Below are positions 58,245 to 64,000 of a DNA stretch of 64,000 nucleotides, in pieces (position 1 is the first letter of the stretch; each line of letters opens with the position of its first letter). The position numbers and the translations under genes are program-made. The DNA comes from Iphione sp. A-MEVVRFRX5 (Eukaryota). Location of the stretch: contig OZ320315.1 in NCBI GenBank assembly GCA_976226885.1, positions 97,092,001-97,156,000 of the forward strand. Reading direction: 5' to 3'. Under the pieces are notes generated by a model, which saw only the letters and a list, made by a program, of their open reading frames with translations, was not told the origin of the DNA and made no database searches.

Positions 58245-58400
58245 GAAATTAGTTTTGTAAGTGCGGGAGAAAGCTTGGTGTTTACCATAGAATGCAATAT
58301 AAGTGCCTGTATGGCACTCTGACGCCTTTTCTAGACTAATCCCGGGGGGAAGAGAGTGTTTTGCTTGTATAGACACTACCATTGATGACCAGTAAGCTGC
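58245..58400 (-). pseudogene. ORF1 CTD end and NADAR N-terminal remnant
   Basis: My translation: LVINGSVY, then LPPGISLEKASECHTGTYIAFYGKHQAFSRT; parallels 46624-46760 and LPHGLTLESA...LAFRG in unit B. Confidence 0.7.
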
Positions 58401-58760
58401 TTCTGAGACAGCTGCATCAGAGGCTGTGGTTGTTGCTGCTGTTTTGGTCCCGACTGGTTGGGGGACTGCACCTGAAGGTAAGGGGTTTGCCCCTGTAACC
58501 CCGAGGGTAACGGTATCTCCCTCTGTACCTGGAATAACCTCTGGGGTATTGACCTCTCTGAAACCCCCCCCCCCTTTTAGATCGAAAGTCTACCCTATTG
58601 CAAAGTTTTGTCATACTTTCTGAAGACCTGAGAGAACTTTCCAACGTGTCTCCAAAGAGAAGGGTAGATGAAGGGGGGCAATCCAAAGATGCAAGCCGTT
58701 TATGTTCGGGTAAGAGATGTGGTTTTATTTCATCTCTCCTCATTTTTATGAGATGAGTTG
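58400..58760 (-). pseudogene. DIRS-type gag C-terminal fragment
   Basis: MRRDEIKPHLLPEHKRLASLDCPPSSTLLFGDTLE followed by an RG/Y-rich tail (58417..58743). Confidence 0.75.
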
Positions 58761-60265
58761 CCAGGTGTCAAATCCTCGTTCACCCATACTCCTTTTAAGG
58801 TCTTGAGATTTGCCCTGCCCTGCAACATTTTTGATTATGATAATGTTTTACATAGGCACACCTTGATATCTCGGTGTTTGCCGATTTGTTTCTGGCCTAG
58901 ACCGTAACAATTGTCAATTTTGTGTAGTCTGAATGACCGGTTGGCCTTTTGGAATACATCACATATTTTCTTACATACCGCATCGTATGTTTCACCTACT
59001 TCTTCAGTGAGTCCCGCTACAATGAGGTCTCCCTTTTTAGAGCGTTAATATGGTCATTTCTTTCTGTGATATATTTTAGTGTTTTCTGGGCCATTTTCCA
59101 CTTGTTACTCCCTTCGCTTCTAGTTCACTGATCTTTTGCTCTTAAGGTTTCATTCTCCGATTCAAGTTTCAATATTTTGTCTTTGTGTTTACCCACGTTT
59201 GATTAGATCACAATAAGCTTTTCTTTGTTTTCCTGGATACCCTTAGAAAACAGCTCATGCATTTTTTTTGTCTCAGCTGTATGCTCTGTAAGTGCATGAG
59301 TTACATATTCTGAAACACTGAGTGTAATTCTGTTCTGAATAGGCTCTGAAGTTCAGCTCCCATTTCCCTGAACATATTTCCTATGGAGGACTCATCACCC
59401 ACTCCCTGTAGTGTTGCTGTGTTGCCCTTAGCCATTTCAAGTTCAAGCTTAGATGGATTTTCATTACCTGATTCACATAGACAACCAGCGCTATCTGAAT
59501 ACGCAGCTGAATCATCTTTGATTTTCTCAGTGTCATTGTCAATATCAATCGGACTTACCGCAGTTCATTTTACTCCAGCTCCCTTCAGAGAGTTAGCGGC
59601 TAGTGGAAACTCCTCTCGCTGTTGACTTGATGACGGTTGAGGTGTTGAGACTAGTGGTGTATTCATTAAAGTGTCAACATAGTCTGCGGCAGAGTGAGTG
59701 GAACAGTCCAGGACTAAGCTGTTTCCATCTTCTTGCTTAGGGCTACGAGACAATAATTCGGTTCTTTTTGTCGTCGTAGCTGAGTAATTTTACATTATCT
59801 TTTACGAGGACCTTACTCGATACGTATTGTTTTCCTTGTTCGAGTATATTGTGTATCTAGGCCGATGATAATGGATTGTGTCTTCCCCCCAGCCTCGACA
59901 CGTCTGCTCAGCTCGACGCCATCATATCACTATTTATATTTGACTTAGCCTTTGCTAAGATTTCAAAACATCACCTCGATCAGGGGTTTAGCATATTAAG
60001 GATTCAGAGTATGTTAGGGAGTCATCTCAGTTCTTTTTGTGTTCAAGGTTGGTATCAACTGGGCTTACCTCTTTCCTCTTTACTCCTGCTTCTCCTGTTC
60101 CTCTCGGTTGCGGTTTCTTAGTGTTCTGGTCTGGTGTTGACTGCTCTGAGGCTTGCTGTACCAGTGTCGAGACTGTAGATGACGCGATTACTGCCTCCAC
60201 ATAGCTCGCGGAGGTGTCTAGTAGAATGTTTTGGTCGAGACAAAATCCAGAAACTACGGCTTTAT
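58760..60265 (-). pseudogene. LINE ORF1 fragments (S/T/P-rich N-termini, coiled coil, RRM-like)
   Basis: LIVAGL...QGRANLKTLKGVWVNEDLTP (my translation, ~58770-59030) matches 46785..47039; N-terminal pieces at 59565..59753 and in the distal part of 60027..60371. Confidence 0.65.
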
Positions 60266-61310
60266 TCAGGAGGGCATGGCATTTTTCCATGTGGAGCCAA
60301 ATCCCTCTGGCGCAGGTGGCGATGACCTGATCCCTGATCCTAGGATGTCCACGGTGGCCGCGTTGTTGCACAGAAGGCTGACGTGATGTCCGGCATCTTC
60401 TTCCATTACCAGCGAGTGCACTGCAGCCAGGCAGTTCATTGCCTCAAGTTGGGAGATGTGCTGGTTGGTCGCTATGTCATCAGGCCATTCGAGGCTGTAG
60501 TGCCTGATGCCATCCTCAGCACCTGCCCCAGTCAGGCAGGCGTCTGCCGCGATGGTACGGTGTGGTATGCCCTGGGGGACACACCGTTATGTTGGCCTGA
60601 GAAGTCCTTAAACCAACGTAGGTCCGCTCTGAACTCATGGTCAACCTGTATGTAGTCATCCCCTGTCCTGAGCTTCTCCAGGATGCGGGCAATGAACAGT
60701 TAAGCCATGGGAATGGCTTTCACCACGTGGTTCACCTTCCCCATGACTGACAGTACCTGGCGCCGCGTGAGCTGGCTGTACTGTAGGATGTTGGCAAATA
60801 GTGTGTGGTACTCGACCAGCTTCTCTCATGGGATCGTGAGTGTCGTGGCCATGGTGTCGACTTGGATTCCTAGCATGTCACGGTTGTGGCAGGTCCTTGG
60901 ACCTTGTGTGAGGCCAAGCGACCGGAGGAAGCGTATGACTAAGTCGGTGTGGGCGCCGGTGTGGCGATGATCTGGTGCTGTGAGTACGAGGTCGTCCAGG
61001 TACATCAGTGGTGATACTCCATGCCCTCGTAGGTGCGTGCCTTAGTATGAACTCAGCCGCTTTTTGCATGACGACAGCACTGAGGCGGGTGCCGAACAGG
61101 AGCGCTGTGTCTATGTAGTACTTGTCATCAACTTGGGGACACAGCGGGGGCCAATGGGACGGGCACACCAGAAGGTGTCGGTATGCCCGTTTAAGGTCCA
61201 CCACTGCCAGGTAGCAGGGTTCTTCATTTGCCTTGATCACGTCAACGAGCTGTGTGCCTGCTTCATGGTAATGGAGTGCTGCTGTGCCGCCCGTCTGAAG
61301 TAACTGAGAT
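60265..61310 (-). pseudogene. Ngaro-type RT + RNase H (second lineage)
   Basis: VVDLKRAYRH...YYIDTALLFGTRLSAVVMQK (60878..61366); MYLDDL near 61000; LGIQVDT...MGKVNHVVKAIP; RIRDQVIATCARGIWLH. Confidence 0.9.
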
Positions 61311-61830
61311 ACGCACGTACCTTTTCTATTAGGGATAGAGATGTGGCCGGCCTGAATGTTGATCACCGCTCCAAGCCATTTGTTCGTTCTCGTGTGTGGC
61401 TGGTGCTTGGAGGCTGACTGTTAGTCCCAGAGCACTGATCTTTGTGCGAGCGTGATCTGTTCATGTGCCGATTCCTTATCGGGAGAGGCTATGAACAAAT
61501 CGTCCAAGTACATCAATGCACATATATTTTCTTTTCTTAGCATACAGATTATAAATTCCGCCACCCGCTGCATACATACTGCAGAGCACCTGGCTCCAAA
61601 TGGGAGCGCGGTATCAATGTAATACTCTCCGTGAGTGCAGAGTCCGAGGAGAGGCCAGTCGCCTGGCGAAACCCTGAAGTGTTGATATAAGCGTGCTTGA
61701 GATCTACAACTGAGATGTATGGTGGGTTGTCAAAGCACAGCATCATTTCAACTGCCAAGTCAACTGTCGGTAGGGAGTGGTGGTAATATATCCCGTTGAT
61801 GGTATTCTTCTCCACATAGCGGTTGAGATT

Positions 61831-61876
61831 GGCATCTTCTGCGTACGACAAGTGGCATCTTCTGCGTACGACAAGT
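61831..61876. repeat. Exact 23-bp tandem duplication that frameshifts the RT
   Basis: ggcatcttctgcgtacgacaagt twice; removing one copy joins MDLSYAEDA to NLNRYVEKN. Confidence 0.95.
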
Positions 61877-62936
61877 CCATGTTGACCCATCTAGCTCCAT
61901 CTGCCTTGGGCTGTGTCATGATTTGAGCGATATTGCACCAAGGCATGAGTGGCAGATGTGGGAATGGACCTATGAGTGCACCGTGCTCCCGCTCTGTGAA
62001 ATGCCAGTGCTGACGGATGGTTGTCTTGGAAAACCGGATGTAGTGGGGGACCTCTGTATCCCAGCGAAAAACCAAATGCCACGCCGTTTAAGACAAACTG
62101 GTCGTCTGGTTGACCCATTGCTGTATTTATCCACTTGTCCAGCTTGAGCGTGGAGTCGAGGTGTAGTCTCGCCCCTGCAGCATTTTGTACTCTAGTGCTG
62201 GCCACAACATTGTACAAGTATGCCAATTTCTTCAGGAACTGTGCAACCGGCTCGGGCCAGGTCTCCGATGCCCCGCCAGGATATACTGCGGCAGCGGCAG
62301 GACGATGGCGGTATCCTGGTATCTTGAAGGCCGTCACTGTCATAGTCCACTGAATGGGAGGACTCGATATCAGTGACAACATAACCTTGTTCGTGTGTCG
62401 AGTGCCGGTGCACCTTCACATATGGGAGGGGGATGACCGCATGTAGCGAATAGTCCTTGGACATGGCCAAATTGTTTCGATGACCTAATAATGGTGTCGA
62501 TGTGAGAAGCGGGGGCCCCAGGTCAAATAGTACTGCTGTAGCATCTAGTTTTTTTGGCTCCTTTTCTTGCTTCTCTTCTCGTCTCCACTTTGGCTCATCT
62601 TGCTTCTCATTACGTTGTAGTTGCTGTTGCAGCTGAGCCTGTTGGTCTGATTCCTTTAAGCCAGGCGTACCGGCCAGGGGGGTGGGTGCGCTAATTGGTG
62701 CGCCGGTAGTGGTTTCTGACCCTACTGGGTCACCACAGGCAGCAACAGAGACAGAAACAGGTATCATGGACACACCAACAGACACAGTACTGAGGGAGCA
62801 TTCTACCCCCTCTGCACTGGTCTGTTTAGTCTTTTTAGCAAATCTGCCAGAGGAAGATCTCTTGCCTCTCTTTTGCTGACTAGGCTGCTCAGCTGGCATG
62901 CCCATGATAGAGGAGGCCAAGTCCATGATACCACAA

Positions 62937-63888
62937 TCACAAAAGCAATAAACACAAAATCAACAAAGCAAAGTTGAAAAAATACTCCCTTTGATGATCC
63001 TGATAGCAATAGAAATAGCAGAAAGATAGAACAGTGACAGAACAGTAAGTCTTCATGCACCCCTTCCTGGCACAGGCCATAGCGGTGTCCTGGCAGTCTT
63101 TGTTTTGCACACCGTACCAGCACACTGCGCACCTGTGCCAGTACATAAGTGGACCTTCCTTGTGGCCGTCATGTTCGCTACATGTTGACGAATTGTACAT
63201 GGGACATGGATGTCGCCTTTGGTCCTCCGTAAGGTTGCCCTTGATTAACGAGAGACGAGTATGGAGGCGATGAATATGGTCCTCCTGGAACCATGAGAGT
63301 TTTCCCTGGTCGATGTTATCAATAGTTGTGAGGGACCAATTCCTCACCGCCGGCCAGTCCCCATTGGTTGCATCCTCACATATCTCTGAGAGATGTATCA
63401 GGACATGGCATAGCTCGAATTCCATAGAGAAATCATCCAAGATCCGCACACAGAAGCCGAGGATATACTCCGAAAGCAAGAGGGTGTTTCCTAACAGGGA
63501 CAGCTAAATCTCGTGGAAGTGACACATAAGGACGCCATCTTAGATAAGTGTCCTGAGTGACTGGGTCTGGATATATCTTACCCGTCGCCGATCCAAAGTT
63601 GATATTCTCCCGTTCCAACCAGTTTCTTCTGCCATATTCTGAGTATCTGCCATTACGGTAGTCCTCAAGCGAGCGATACTGGTACGACTCAGTTCTGTGG
63701 TCGCAGTCATCCTTTGCCGATCTGCATTCCTCGCCTTTTGTTCGGTGCTCATGACTGCCCTCTCGGGAGCCTCGCTCCACCTCGCTACGTTTAGACTTGG
63801 ATTTGGACTTGGTTGTTGACTTGGGCGTCGAGGTCTTGACTATGCATTTCGCCTTGGTTTTCACGGCCTTGGTCTTTTTCCGACTCAC
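62937..63888 (-). pseudogene. Ngaro-type gag with Cys/His cluster, one frameshift
   Basis: PYVSLPR; HLSEICEDATNGDWPAVRNWS...IDQGKLSW; CPMYNSSTCSEHDGH...HRCAVCW...C...AMAC. Confidence 0.82.
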
Positions 63889-64000
63889 CTCATGCTTCTG
63901 CTCCTCATGTTGAGGAGATTAGCAATGCACTCCTCAATACGCTTTTGGTCCAGGGTACCAGTAGACAGAACTGAGGGAGTAGAATCCGAGTTCTAGGGCT

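Larger units (their letters stand above)
55805..59900 (-). mobile_element. LINE unit K (family E-type ORF1), internally deleted, poly(A)-tailed, with a DIRS gag piece inside ORF1
   Basis: T11 55805-55815, TTTATT 55821-55826, hairpin 55830-55849; RT QFGFQ, IDYSKAFD, GVPQGNILGP, MYADD (56703..57218); tether 57323..58030; APE end TSTCIDLV...FLSDH at ~58130-58230. Confidence 0.88.
61310..64000 (-). mobile_element. Ngaro-type retrotransposon 5' portion (gag, low-complexity linker, RT), runs off the window end
   Basis: gag 62937..63888; linker ORF 62192..62926; RT LNGVAFGFSLGY, DNHPSA, GPF...PWCNIAQIMTQPKADG, SLPTVD, YYIDTALPFG, MYLDDL (~61505), WLG. Confidence 0.9.

Noticed and set aside
935-63507. 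Plus-strand ORFs in the track (for example 14272..14883, 3146..3367, 27193..27438, 54381..54785)
   Set aside because: Each lies antisense to a recognisable minus-strand TE ORF and has no motif of its own. Similarity between 3146..3367 and 27193..27438 only reflects the shared gag on the other strand.

Overview
Eukaryotic, transposon-saturated window, most likely from an invertebrate animal (taxon cannot be fixed from the sequence alone). I see no host gene, rRNA, tRNA or CRISPR array. Almost the whole 64 kb is a head-to-tail mosaic of mostly decayed mobile elements: about 14 CR1/L2-group non-LTR retrotransposon (LINE) copies or fragments, four Ngaro-type (DIRS-order) retrotransposon fragments, two DIRS-type gag fragments and one Crypton-type tyrosine-recombinase transposon. 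Two things stand out. (1) Several deeply diverged LINE families share an unusual three-cistron layout: an L1-like ORF1 (coiled coil, RRM-like, CTD) ending in a NADAR/YbiA-like domain, then a separate SGNH esterase ORF, then the APE-RT ORF2. There are 6 substantial NADAR copies plus 3 remnants and about 11 SGNH copies, with recurrent hairpins in the intercistronic spacers. (2) Every recognisable element, of every class, lies on the minus strand, as expected for a uni-strand piRNA-cluster-like locus or a strongly selected intron. Two ORF2s are intact or nearly so (35400-38174; 19879-22653). Element boundaries are approximate. Domain calls come from motifs recognised by eye, and translations outside the supplied ORF track are my own. 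No database search was run.
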